Part shown: in pieces, positions 53,469-61,401 of the stretch | Layout of the letters: each line of letters begins with the position of its first letter | How positions within the stretch are numbered: position 1 is the stretch's first letter | NCBI GenBank assembly: GCA_011525755.1 | Contig: WYBS01000069.1 | Coordinates: forward strand, 5,196-69,195 | Source of the DNA: Planctomycetaceae bacterium | GTDB taxonomy: Bacteria > Planctomycetota > PLA2 | Length of the DNA: 64,000 nucleotides | Direction of reading: 5' to 3' | The notes under the pieces: model-generated | What the model was told of the DNA's origin: nothing | Database searches by the model: none | What the model saw: the letters and a program-made list of their open reading frames with translations, nothing else | Made by a program: the position numbers and the translations under genes

Positions 53469-54500
53469 TCACCGAGACAGGATGGGCAGGTGGTTGAAGG
53501 GGATCTGCAGGATCAGGAGCGCGAGCGAGGTCCCGTAGGCGAGACCGACGCTGTCCCCGCTCCACGACCCGTTGCCCTGCTGGGTGCGCAGGAGCACGCG
53601 CTGGATCGCGGGGTAGTACTCCCCCCAGAACTTGTCCCCCTTCTGCCACGAGGCCTGGGACATGTAGAGCTGCGTGTAGAAGTAATGCCCGTCGTTGCTG
53701 ACGGTTGGCTTGCAGTGTTTCCAGGCGTATTCGAACGCCTTCGTCGCCATCGGGCTGTCGTACTGGCCCGCGTTGTAGAGCACGGCGCAGGCCGCGGCGG
53801 TGATCGCGGGGCGGCTGCCGCGCGAGCGGACGCTGTACGAGATGCCCCCGTCGGGGTTCTGCGACCGCTCGATGTACTTGATGGCCCGGTCGATCGTCTC
53901 CTTGGGAACGAGGATCCCGGCGTTCCGGCAGCCCCGCAGCGCCTGCACCTGCGTGACCGTGACCGACCCCTCGTCGCCGTTCGAGTCCGGGGTGTAGAGC
54001 CACCCGCCGTCGTTCGACTGCGACTTCGACGTGAGCACGATGCCGCGCTCGAGCGCGACGCGGATGCGCCGCTGCCGGTCGAGGTCCTCCTCCATCCCGT
54101 ACGCCTGGGAGAGGAAGAGCATCGCGAAGCCGTGGCCGTACATCGACCGCTGCTCCTCGGCGGGCGCCGCGAAGAGGCCGTTCGGCTGCTGCTGCGAGAG
54201 GCAGAAGTTCACGGCGCGGCGCACGTGCTTCGCGTAGGGCCCGCGCTCGGGCGTCGAGCCGCCCGCGACGAGCGCGAGGCCGCCGAGCGAACTCATCACG
54301 ACCGGATAGGTGCCGAAGCCGCCCGCGGACCGCCACGAGCCGTCCTTGTTCTGCTCGCGCGCGAGGAACTCGAGCCCGCGCTCGATCGCGCGCATGGTGT
54401 CGCTCGTGACGCCCGGCGGGAGCGTGGGCACCGCCGCGTCCTGCCCCCGCGACAAGGGCGCGAGAAGCCCGGCGAGGAGGAGGAGCGCGCACACCCGCAT
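53469..54500 (-). CDS. Secreted prenyltransferase/squalene-oxidase-repeat (alpha/alpha-toroid, terpenoid-cyclase-fold) protein
   Basis: Start MRVCALLLLAGLLAPLSRGQD. Repeated Q..DGSW / Q..NG / DGGW / NPDGG / GNGSW motifs (EQNKDGSWRS, QQQPNGLF, SNDGGWLY, QNPDGGISY, QQGNGSWSG). Confidence 0.85.
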   Translation of the reverse strand: MRVCALLLLAGLLAPLSRGQDAAVPTLPPGVTSDTMRAIERGLEFLAREQNKDGSWRSAGGFGTYPVVMSSLGGLALVAGGSTPERGPYAKHVRRAVNFCLSQQQPNGLFAAPAEEQRSMYGHGFAMLFLSQAYGMEEDLDRQRRIRVALERGIVLTSKSQSNDGGWLYTPDSNGDEGSVTVTQVQALRGCRNAGILVPKETIDRAIKYIERSQNPDGGISYSVRSRGSRPAITAAACAVLYNAGQYDSPMATKAFEYAWKHCKPTVSNDGHYFYTQLYMSQASWQKGDKFWGEYYPAIQRVLLRTQQGNGSWSGDSVGLAYGTSLALLILQIPFNHLPILSR

Positions 54501-54579
54501 CGTGCCTTGGAGTCTATCCGGAAACGGCGTCCGGGCGGCGGATGCGGAGGGGGTCCGGGGGAGGGTGCGGCCCATTCGC

Positions 54580-57500
54580 CTAGCCTCCCCCCTTCGCGGG
54601 CGCCGCGAGGCGCGCGGCGCCCCACGGGTGGCCCACGACGAGGCCGCCCCCCGCCGCCGCGATCCCGACGCCCGCGTCGAGGCGCGTCGCCCCCTCGGCG
54701 CGGAAGTCCATGGCGGCGGTCTCCTTCCCCGACGGGTCGACGAACAGGGACTGGGCCCCGCGCGACGACTCCGACGCGTCGCGGTCGAAGAGGCGCACGT
54801 GCACCCCGCGCGGAAGCGCCGCGGCGACCGCCACGTGGTGCTCGGTGAGGAGCGGCGGCGCGAAGGCCGTGCCGCGCACCGCGTAGTCGTACGCGAGCAC
54901 GTCCATGGCCTTCCCGTCGATCCGGTAGAGCCGGCCCCCCTCGTCCTCGAGCCCCGGGCTGTGGGTGAGGACGAAGATCCGCGACGCGTCCCGGGCCACG
55001 TGGAACGCGCGCAGCAGCTCGGGGCCGCGGCGGGCCTCCACGCGGCCGCCCTCGAGGTCCACGAAGCGGAGGTTCTCCGTCCCGCTCGAGCCGTCGTGGT
55101 AGACGAGCACGGAGCCGTCGGCGAGGAGCGGTGCCGCGTAGCCGGTCGAGAGCGGGAACCGCTTGCGGGTCTCCGGGCTGCGGATGTCGAGGACCTCGAG
55201 CTGGCCGTTCCCGCCCTCCGCCTCGGCCGAGCTCGCGACGAACATGCGGCCGAGCCGGTCGACGAGCGGGGGCGCGAGCAGCGCGGTCCGGTCGTCGCGG
55301 CGCCACGTGCAGACGGCGTCGCCGTTCGCGGCCTCGTAGACGCGGACCCAGCCTGGCCTCGAGAATCCGACGACGACGAAGTCGCCGAAGGCCGTCGGCG
55401 GGCCGACCGCCACCTGCCCCTGCGTGTCCGCGCCGACCCACACGACGTCGCCGGTCCCCATGTGGACCGCCTCGACGCCCGCGCGCGGGTGGACGCGCAC
55501 GACCACGTTCTCCGCGAGGAGGTAGGCGGGGAGCGGGTGCGCACGGAGCGCGAACCCCTTCGCGGCGGCGTCGCGCAGGTCCTTCCGCAGGAGGTCGATC
55601 GAGGCCTGCCCCTCCTCCCGCGCGACAGCGTCGTTGCCGGGGTAGCGCCAGAGCACCTCCCCGCTCGTCGCGTGGACGCGCATGAGCCCCGAGACGTCGC
55701 CGAGCACGACGTCGTCGCCGCGCCGCGCCGCGAAGCGGGCGGCGGCGACGGCCCCGGCCGCGGCGGCGGTCGCCGGCTCGCCGGCGGGCCCCGGCGCGAT
55801 GCCCGTGCGGCTCGGGTTGGCGACGGTCCAGCGGACCTTCCCCGAGGCATCGACGGCCATGTACTCCGCCGCGTTGGCGAAGAGCGCGAGGCCCTCGGGG
55901 AGCCCGCCCTCGACGGCCACGGGGGCGGCGCCCTCGATCGCCATCGGCGCCGCGGAGAGGGGGAAGCGCAGGCGTGGCGCGGCCGGCGCGACGGTCGCGC
56001 CGGCGAGGAGCGCATCCACCTCGGCGAGGAGCGCCGCGTGCTCGCGCCGCCCCTGCTCGTCGAGCCGGGAAAGGGCCTCGACCCACTCCCGCCGCGCGGC
56101 GTCCGGCTTGCCTTGCCGCGCCTCGATCCGCGCGAGCCGCAGGTGCGCCGCCGCCACGCGCGGATGCGCCGGGTGCTTCCTCGCGAAGTCCTTGAGCTCG
56201 GCCTCGGCGTCCGCGACGCGGCCCGCCTCCTCGTGGAGGTGCGCGAGCGCGAAGCGCGCCTCCTCGGCCGGCGGCTCGTCGCCGTACCGTTCGAGGATCG
56301 CCTTCAGGCCCTCCGCGTCCTTCCGCGCGACCGCGGCCTCGATGCGGCCGCGCACGGTCTCGGCGAAGGCGGCGGCGAAGGGCGGACTCTCCGACCGGAG
56401 CTGGTCGCGGAGCGCGGCGCCCGCCGCGGTGCCGTCGACGACACGGCCGTCGCGGACGACGCGCAGGTGGCCGAACTCGTCCGCGAAGCGCTCGAGGGCC
56501 GCGAGGGCCTGCTGCGCGTTGCCGAGGCGGCCGAGGGCCTCCGCGCGGAGGAGCGCGATCTGCGCGTCGTACGGGTGCGGCCCCCCGGCCCCCCCCTGAT
56601 TCCCGCGCAGCGGCGCGACGATTTTCTCCGCCTCGTCGAGCGCGCCGAGGTCCTTCCGCTCGCGGGCGATGGCGAAGAGGTTCTCGATCGCGTACCTGCG
56701 CGCGAGGTGCGTCGCGTCGTCCCCCGCCGCCTCGACCGCCTTCGCGAGGTCCTCGCGTGCCTGGTCGCGCCGCTTCGTCACGCCCGCGAGCGCGAGCAGG
56801 CCCCGTTCGAGCAGCAGCGCCGCGCGGTCCGCGTCCGGCCGGTTCAGCGCCGCGTCCACGCGGGCCGCCTCCGCCTCGTAGGTGGTGAAGCACATGATCT
56901 CGCTGCCGTTCGCGGCGACGAGCTTCCCGTCGAAGCTCAGCAGGTTCCCGAGCTTCTCCACCTCGAAGACGAGCGGCTCCGCCGGGACCCCGGTCTTCAG
57001 GTCGAAGCGCTCGACCTCCGAGCGGAGGGCGTTCTCGTGGCGGGTCGGCACGTGGACGTACCGCTCGCCGACGAAGCCGCGCCCGTAGCGGAACGCCCGG
57101 AGCGGGCTCGACCAGGCGATCTCCCCCTTCCGGAGGTCGATGGCGAAGACCTTGTCGCCGCCGAGGTAGAGGAGCCCCTCCTTGACGCCCAGGACGTACG
57201 ACGCCGAGAGCAGCGCCCGCTTCGGGATCGACCAGGCGATGCGGCCGGTCTCGGCGTCGAGCGCGAGCATCTCGTTCGCGTCGGCCGGCGCTGCGATCAC
57301 CTTCCCCTCGGCGACCACCGGGTCGCCGAACGCGAAGCCCTGCTTGATCTTGCCCGCGCGGAATCCGCGCCGCCCGCCCTGCGCCCCCTCGAAGCCGCGC
57401 TGGTACCGCGTGAGCCACTTCACGCGGCCGGGCGGGAGGGCGTCGACCGCCGCGACCACCCCGGCCTGCGTGATCGCGTAGACGGTCCCGCCGGCCATCG

Positions 57501-59187
57501 CGACCGCGGCGCCGCGGGGGAGCTGGCGGTTCACCTCGTCCTCGTAGTGCAGGAGCGTCCGGAACCGGACGCGCCCGGTCGCGACGTCGAATGCCCAGAG
57601 GGACACGAACCCGGGCTCGCCCCCCTCGCGCTCCGAGGCGACCGTGTAGAGGGTGCCGCCGGACGCGACGCCGGGGCCGAGGAAGGCCGCGCCGCGGTGG
57701 AGCTGGTAGTCCTTCTGCCAGGCGTCGAGGACCTGCGGGTCGGCCTTGACGGCCTCGCTCGCGTAGTCGCCGTTCCAGGCCCAGATCTGCTTCCCGGACG
57801 CGCGGGCGTGCGCGATGAGGGTGTTCGGCTGGTTCGGGACGGCCGCCGCCTCGCCGCGCAGCTCGTTCGGCGCCCCGAGCCAGTCCGTCGCGAGGATCAT
57901 GTCGCCCGCCGCGAGGAGGCGCGCCGCGCCGTAGTCCAGGTGCTCGTAGATGGCCTCGAGGACGCGCGAGTCCTTGACCGCGTCCTGCGTCCCGGGCCGG
58001 ACGCTCTCGAGCGGGCAGCGGCAGGTGGGGTCGTCCGTCGGAAGGGGATCCTTCGAGACCACCACCTCGAGGAGGTGGACGAAGGAGCCCGAGCCCACGC
58101 GTCGCGCGACGACGTCCCGGCCGTCCCGGTAGAAGAGCAGCCCCTCATGGACGATCGGGAACGTGGTCGGGTACGGGGCGACGTGCTCTCTCGCGGGCAC
58201 CGGCACGCGCAGCTCCGGCGTGGGAGACGGCTGCCGGTCGTGGCGGAGGACCATCCATGCGTCCCCGAAGCTGCAGACAGTGAGGCGCGTGTCCCGCTCG
58301 TGGAGCGGGAACGACCAGAACGGCTTTCTCGGGAGGTCCTCGGGGAGGTCGCCGGCCGTCCGGTTCCGCGCGGCGTTGCCGCCGGCGATCGGCCAGTCCG
58401 TGTCGGCGCGAGCCTCGCCCGCGCCGCGCCGGAAGAGCGGATGGTCCTTCACCTCGGCGGCCGCCACCGGCTTCCCCTCGACGCTGACCGTCGCCCCCAG
58501 ATGCTCCGAGGCGAGCCTTGCGAGCAGCACCGTGACCTGCTCCGCGTCGCCGATGCGCGCCGCGCAGTAGGCGGACTTCGCGAGCACGAGCGCGAGGTCC
58601 CGGTCCGTGTCCTTCGGGTAGACGTCGACGAGGCGGCGGCCGAGCGCGAGCGCCTCGTAGAAGCGACCGAGCGCCAGGTTCAGGTCGAGGGCCTTCTCGA
58701 GCGCGTCGTCGCCGACGGTGCTCGAGAGGTAGCTGTCGTGGACCTTCGCGTACGCGACGAGGCGATCCTCGACGTCCGCCGTGGCGTCCGCGGCCGCGAG
58801 GAGCTGGCGCGCGGTCGCATCGTGGACGTCGCGGTAGGCGCGGAGCCCCTCCGGCGGCAGCCGCGCGAGCTCGAGGAGGCAGAGCTCGCGCGCGGGGTAG
58901 TACGTGCGACCGTCCTCGCTGTAGACGGCCGACTGGAGGACCTCGTCCTTGACGTCGGGGAAGACCTCCGGGTCCCCGATCACGACCCGGTGGAGGACGT
59001 CGACGACCTTGTCCCACTGCTCCGCCTTCGCGAGCTCCTGCCCGCGCGAGAGGTAGCGGGGGATCGCGTCGTCCGTGAGGAGCCGCACCTCGCCGTCGGC
59101 CGCCGCGGGCCCCGCGGGCGCGAGGGCGAGGAGGAGGAGCAGCCGGCGCACCCTCCTTAGGACGTCGTCTCGCCCCCGGCCGTTCAT
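54580..59187 (-). CDS. Giant secreted TPR + PQQ-like (BamB-like) beta-propeller repeat protein (1535 aa)
   Basis: One clean ORF with a signal-like N-terminus (LLLLLALAPAGPAAADG). TPR-like helical blocks alternate with propeller blades bearing the recurring motifs G..(I/V)W and A.D..TG...W (e.g. ALDAETGRIAWS, AIDLRKGEIAWS, VHATSGEVLWRY). The 1616-aa plus-strand ORF opposite it is an Arg-rich shadow. Confidence 0.85.
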   Translation of the reverse strand: MNGRGRDDVLRRVRRLLLLLALAPAGPAAADGEVRLLTDDAIPRYLSRGQELAKAEQWDKVVDVLHRVVIGDPEVFPDVKDEVLQSAVYSEDGRTYYPARELCLLELARLPPEGLRAYRDVHDATARQLLAAADATADVEDRLVAYAKVHDSYLSSTVGDDALEKALDLNLALGRFYEALALGRRLVDVYPKDTDRDLALVLAKSAYCAARIGDAEQVTVLLARLASEHLGATVSVEGKPVAAAEVKDHPLFRRGAGEARADTDWPIAGGNAARNRTAGDLPEDLPRKPFWSFPLHERDTRLTVCSFGDAWMVLRHDRQPSPTPELRVPVPAREHVAPYPTTFPIVHEGLLFYRDGRDVVARRVGSGSFVHLLEVVVSKDPLPTDDPTCRCPLESVRPGTQDAVKDSRVLEAIYEHLDYGAARLLAAGDMILATDWLGAPNELRGEAAAVPNQPNTLIAHARASGKQIWAWNGDYASEAVKADPQVLDAWQKDYQLHRGAAFLGPGVASGGTLYTVASEREGGEPGFVSLWAFDVATGRVRFRTLLHYEDEVNRQLPRGAAVAMAGGTVYAITQAGVVAAVDALPPGRVKWLTRYQRGFEGAQGGRRGFRAGKIKQGFAFGDPVVAEGKVIAAPADANEMLALDAETGRIAWSIPKRALLSASYVLGVKEGLLYLGGDKVFAIDLRKGEIAWSSPLRAFRYGRGFVGERYVHVPTRHENALRSEVERFDLKTGVPAEPLVFEVEKLGNLLSFDGKLVAANGSEIMCFTTYEAEAARVDAALNRPDADRAALLLERGLLALAGVTKRRDQAREDLAKAVEAAGDDATHLARRYAIENLFAIARERKDLGALDEAEKIVAPLRGNQGGAGGPHPYDAQIALLRAEALGRLGNAQQALAALERFADEFGHLRVVRDGRVVDGTAAGAALRDQLRSESPPFAAAFAETVRGRIEAAVARKDAEGLKAILERYGDEPPAEEARFALAHLHEEAGRVADAEAELKDFARKHPAHPRVAAAHLRLARIEARQGKPDAARREWVEALSRLDEQGRREHAALLAEVDALLAGATVAPAAPRLRFPLSAAPMAIEGAAPVAVEGGLPEGLALFANAAEYMAVDASGKVRWTVANPSRTGIAPGPAGEPATAAAAGAVAAARFAARRGDDVVLGDVSGLMRVHATSGEVLWRYPGNDAVAREEGQASIDLLRKDLRDAAAKGFALRAHPLPAYLLAENVVVRVHPRAGVEAVHMGTGDVVWVGADTQGQVAVGPPTAFGDFVVVGFSRPGWVRVYEAANGDAVCTWRRDDRTALLAPPLVDRLGRMFVASSAEAEGGNGQLEVLDIRSPETRKRFPLSTGYAAPLLADGSVLVYHDGSSGTENLRFVDLEGGRVEARRGPELLRAFHVARDASRIFVLTHSPGLEDEGGRLYRIDGKAMDVLAYDYAVRGTAFAPPLLTEHHVAVAAALPRGVHVRLFDRDASESSRGAQSLFVDPSGKETAAMDFRAEGATRLDAGVGIAAAGGGLVVGHPWGAARLAAPAKGGG

Positions 59188-59199
59188 CGGTTCTAAAGA

Positions 59200-60414
59200 T
59201 TAACCGCCCCGCGGTCCCCGCCGTGTCACGATCATCACGATCGGTGCGCACGCGAGGAGCGCCGTCGCCGCCATGGCCGCGGCGAGGCCCATGCTCCCGA
59301 GCGCCCAGCCGGCGAAGACGGCGAGCGGGCTGAACATCAGCCGGCACGCGAGCGAGTCGAGGGAGAGGATCGTCGCCCGCCTTCGGGCCGACGGCACGCG
59401 CCGGTTGAGGAGGAACCGGGTCAGCGGCGGGTAGAGGCCGAAGGCGGCCCCCTGGACGCCGAAGAGCACGGCGGCGAAGGGCGCCCTGAGGATCGCGAGC
59501 AGGAGGAACATGAAGAGGAGGGCCCCGGGAACCAGGTAGACGACCAGCCGCTCTGCCCCGGCGATAAGGCGGTGGGCGAAGAGCGCCGCCAGCGCGCCCG
59601 CGAGGTTCATCCCGGCGAGGATCGTCCCGTAGAGGTCGGGGGGGATCCCCTGCGCATCGAGGACCGGGTGGAAGAAGAGGACGACCGCGGCCCTGAGGAG
59701 CGCGAAGACCCCGATGCTATAGAGGATCACGCGAGCGACGCCGGGGAGCGTGACGACGTCCCGGATCGCCCCGACGGTGATCTCCCGGGCGGACTGGCGC
59801 TCGCCCCGCGGCGGCTCCCGGAACAGCAGGCCGACCCCCGCGCCGACGATGGAGAGGCCCCCCGCGATCCAGTAGGCGAGGACCGGGTTCCCATCGACGA
59901 CGAGGAGCCGGTCCGAGAGGGGGTACCCGATCACGGTCGCCATGAGCCACGACGCCTGCGCCGCGCCTTCTGCCCGGGGGTATTGCGCCTCCTGCCGCTC
60001 GGCCGCGAGCGAGTCGTAGAGGAGCGCGGAGTCCGCCCCGCTGACGAAGGCTGTCCCGAGGCCGAAGAGCACCTCCCCGGCCGCGAAGGAGGGGAAGTCC
60101 GTCGCGACGGCGAAGAGGAAGCAGCCGAGGCCGTTGACCGCCGCGCCGAGGACGAGGATCGCCTTCCTGCCGAAGCGGTCCGCGAGCACGCCGGTCGGCA
60201 CCTCCGCGGCCACGACGACGAGGTAGTAGAGGCCCTGGAGGAGGCCGTACTCGGCCTGCGAGAGGCCCCGCACCTTCGTGATGAAGAGCTGGATGTAGGG
60301 GGCGAAGAGCAGCAGCCGCGTGAGGACGCGGTAGAGGAGGAAGAGGCGGAAGTTGCGCAGGGTCTCTCGGGGGGGCTCCGGGGGCCGTCCCCCGCGCCCC
60401 CTCATATCAAGCAC
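59200..60414 (-). CDS. MFS transporter
   Basis: 404 aa, ~12 hydrophobic helices. MFS loop motif GVLADRFGRK. Start is GTG 60414 or ATG 60405. The stop is 12 nt upstream of the PQQ-repeat gene's start. Confidence 0.85.
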   Translation of the reverse strand: MLDMRGRGGRPPEPPRETLRNFRLFLLYRVLTRLLLFAPYIQLFITKVRGLSQAEYGLLQGLYYLVVVAAEVPTGVLADRFGRKAILVLGAAVNGLGCFLFAVATDFPSFAAGEVLFGLGTAFVSGADSALLYDSLAAERQEAQYPRAEGAAQASWLMATVIGYPLSDRLLVVDGNPVLAYWIAGGLSIVGAGVGLLFREPPRGERQSAREITVGAIRDVVTLPGVARVILYSIGVFALLRAAVVLFFHPVLDAQGIPPDLYGTILAGMNLAGALAALFAHRLIAGAERLVVYLVPGALLFMFLLLAILRAPFAAVLFGVQGAAFGLYPPLTRFLLNRRVPSARRRATILSLDSLACRLMFSPLAVFAGWALGSMGLAAAMAATALLACAPIVMIVTRRGPRGG

Positions 60415-60421
60415 CGAGGTC

Positions 60422-60427
60422 TATAAT
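60422..60427 (+). promoter_or_regulatory. Perfect TATAAT hexamer 11 nt upstream of the LysR TTG start (near-leaderless transcript suspected)
   Basis: ctTATAATcccggcttatcTTG. The entire MFS-LysR divergent spacer is only 24 bp (60415-60438). Confidence 0.35.
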
Positions 60428-60438
60428 CCCGGCTTATC

Positions 60439-61332
60439 TTGGATCTCGAGTCGCTCCGCTCCTTCTACCACGTCGCGAAAGAGCGCTCCTTCTCGCGCGC
60501 CGCGAAGACGCTGCACGTCTCGCAGCCGGCGGTGTCGGTCAGGATCAAGTCGCTCGAGAGCGAGCTGGGGGAGCGTCTTTTCGACCGCGCGCGGAAGGGG
60601 GTCGCGCTGACGGAGGCGGGGACCGTGCTCTTCTCGTCGGCGGAGAAGATCTTCTCGGACGTCGAGGAGGCGCGCGCGCGGCTCAGGGAGCTCAAGGAGA
60701 CGGGCGCCGGCCGCGTGCGGCTCGGCTGCTCGGACACGGTGAGCCTCTACCTGCTGCCGGAGCCGCTGAAGAGGTTCCGGAAGCGGTTCCCGGCGGCGGA
60801 GGTGCTCATCCGGAACGACCACACGGCGGGGATCCTCGATCTGCTGCTCCGCGGCGAGCTGGACTTCGGGATCGTGTCGCGGCCGCCGTCGATCGACCAC
60901 CGGCTCGAGGCGCGGGAGCTGCTCGTCGAGCCCTTCGTCGCGGTGTGCCGGAAGGACGACCCGCTGCTGCGGCGGGGGCAGGCGACGCTCGCGGCGCTTG
61001 ACGGGCGCCCGATGGTGGCGCTCGAGCGCGGGACGGTGACGCGCGACGCGATCGACCGGGCGCTCCGGGCGGCGGGGGCGAAGCCGAAGGTGGTGCTCGA
61101 GACGGGCAATGTGGAGGTGCAGAAGCTCTACGCGTCGATGGGGTTCGGGTGCGCGGTGCTGCCGGAGAGCGCTGTGACGGACGCGGACCGCCGGAAGCTC
61201 GCGGTGCTGCCGATCAGGGACGCGGGACTCGAGCGCGCGATCGTCGCGGTCGTCCCGCGCGACCGCTACGTCCCCCGCGCCGCGCAGGCGCTGCTGGATA
61301 CGGTACGGGGAGAAAATTTGCGAAACTCGTGA
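60439..61332 (+). CDS. LysR-family transcriptional regulator
   Basis: 297 aa, TTG start. N-terminal HTH (LESLRSFYHVAKERSFSRAAKTLHVSQPAVSVRIKSLESELGERLFDR) and a C-terminal LysR substrate-binding fold. Divergent from the MFS gene. Confidence 0.9.
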   Translation: MDLESLRSFYHVAKERSFSRAAKTLHVSQPAVSVRIKSLESELGERLFDRARKGVALTEAGTVLFSSAEKIFSDVEEARARLRELKETGAGRVRLGCSDTVSLYLLPEPLKRFRKRFPAAEVLIRNDHTAGILDLLLRGELDFGIVSRPPSIDHRLEARELLVEPFVAVCRKDDPLLRRGQATLAALDGRPMVALERGTVTRDAIDRALRAAGAKPKVVLETGNVEVQKLYASMGFGCAVLPESAVTDADRRKLAVLPIRDAGLERAIVAVVPRDRYVPRAAQALLDTVRGENLRNS

Positions 61333-61401
61333 CAGAAGGGGGGGGTGTGTCACGCGCTGCTCGACACGGTCGCGCAGCGCGGCCAACTGGCGTAGGCGGG
61401 C

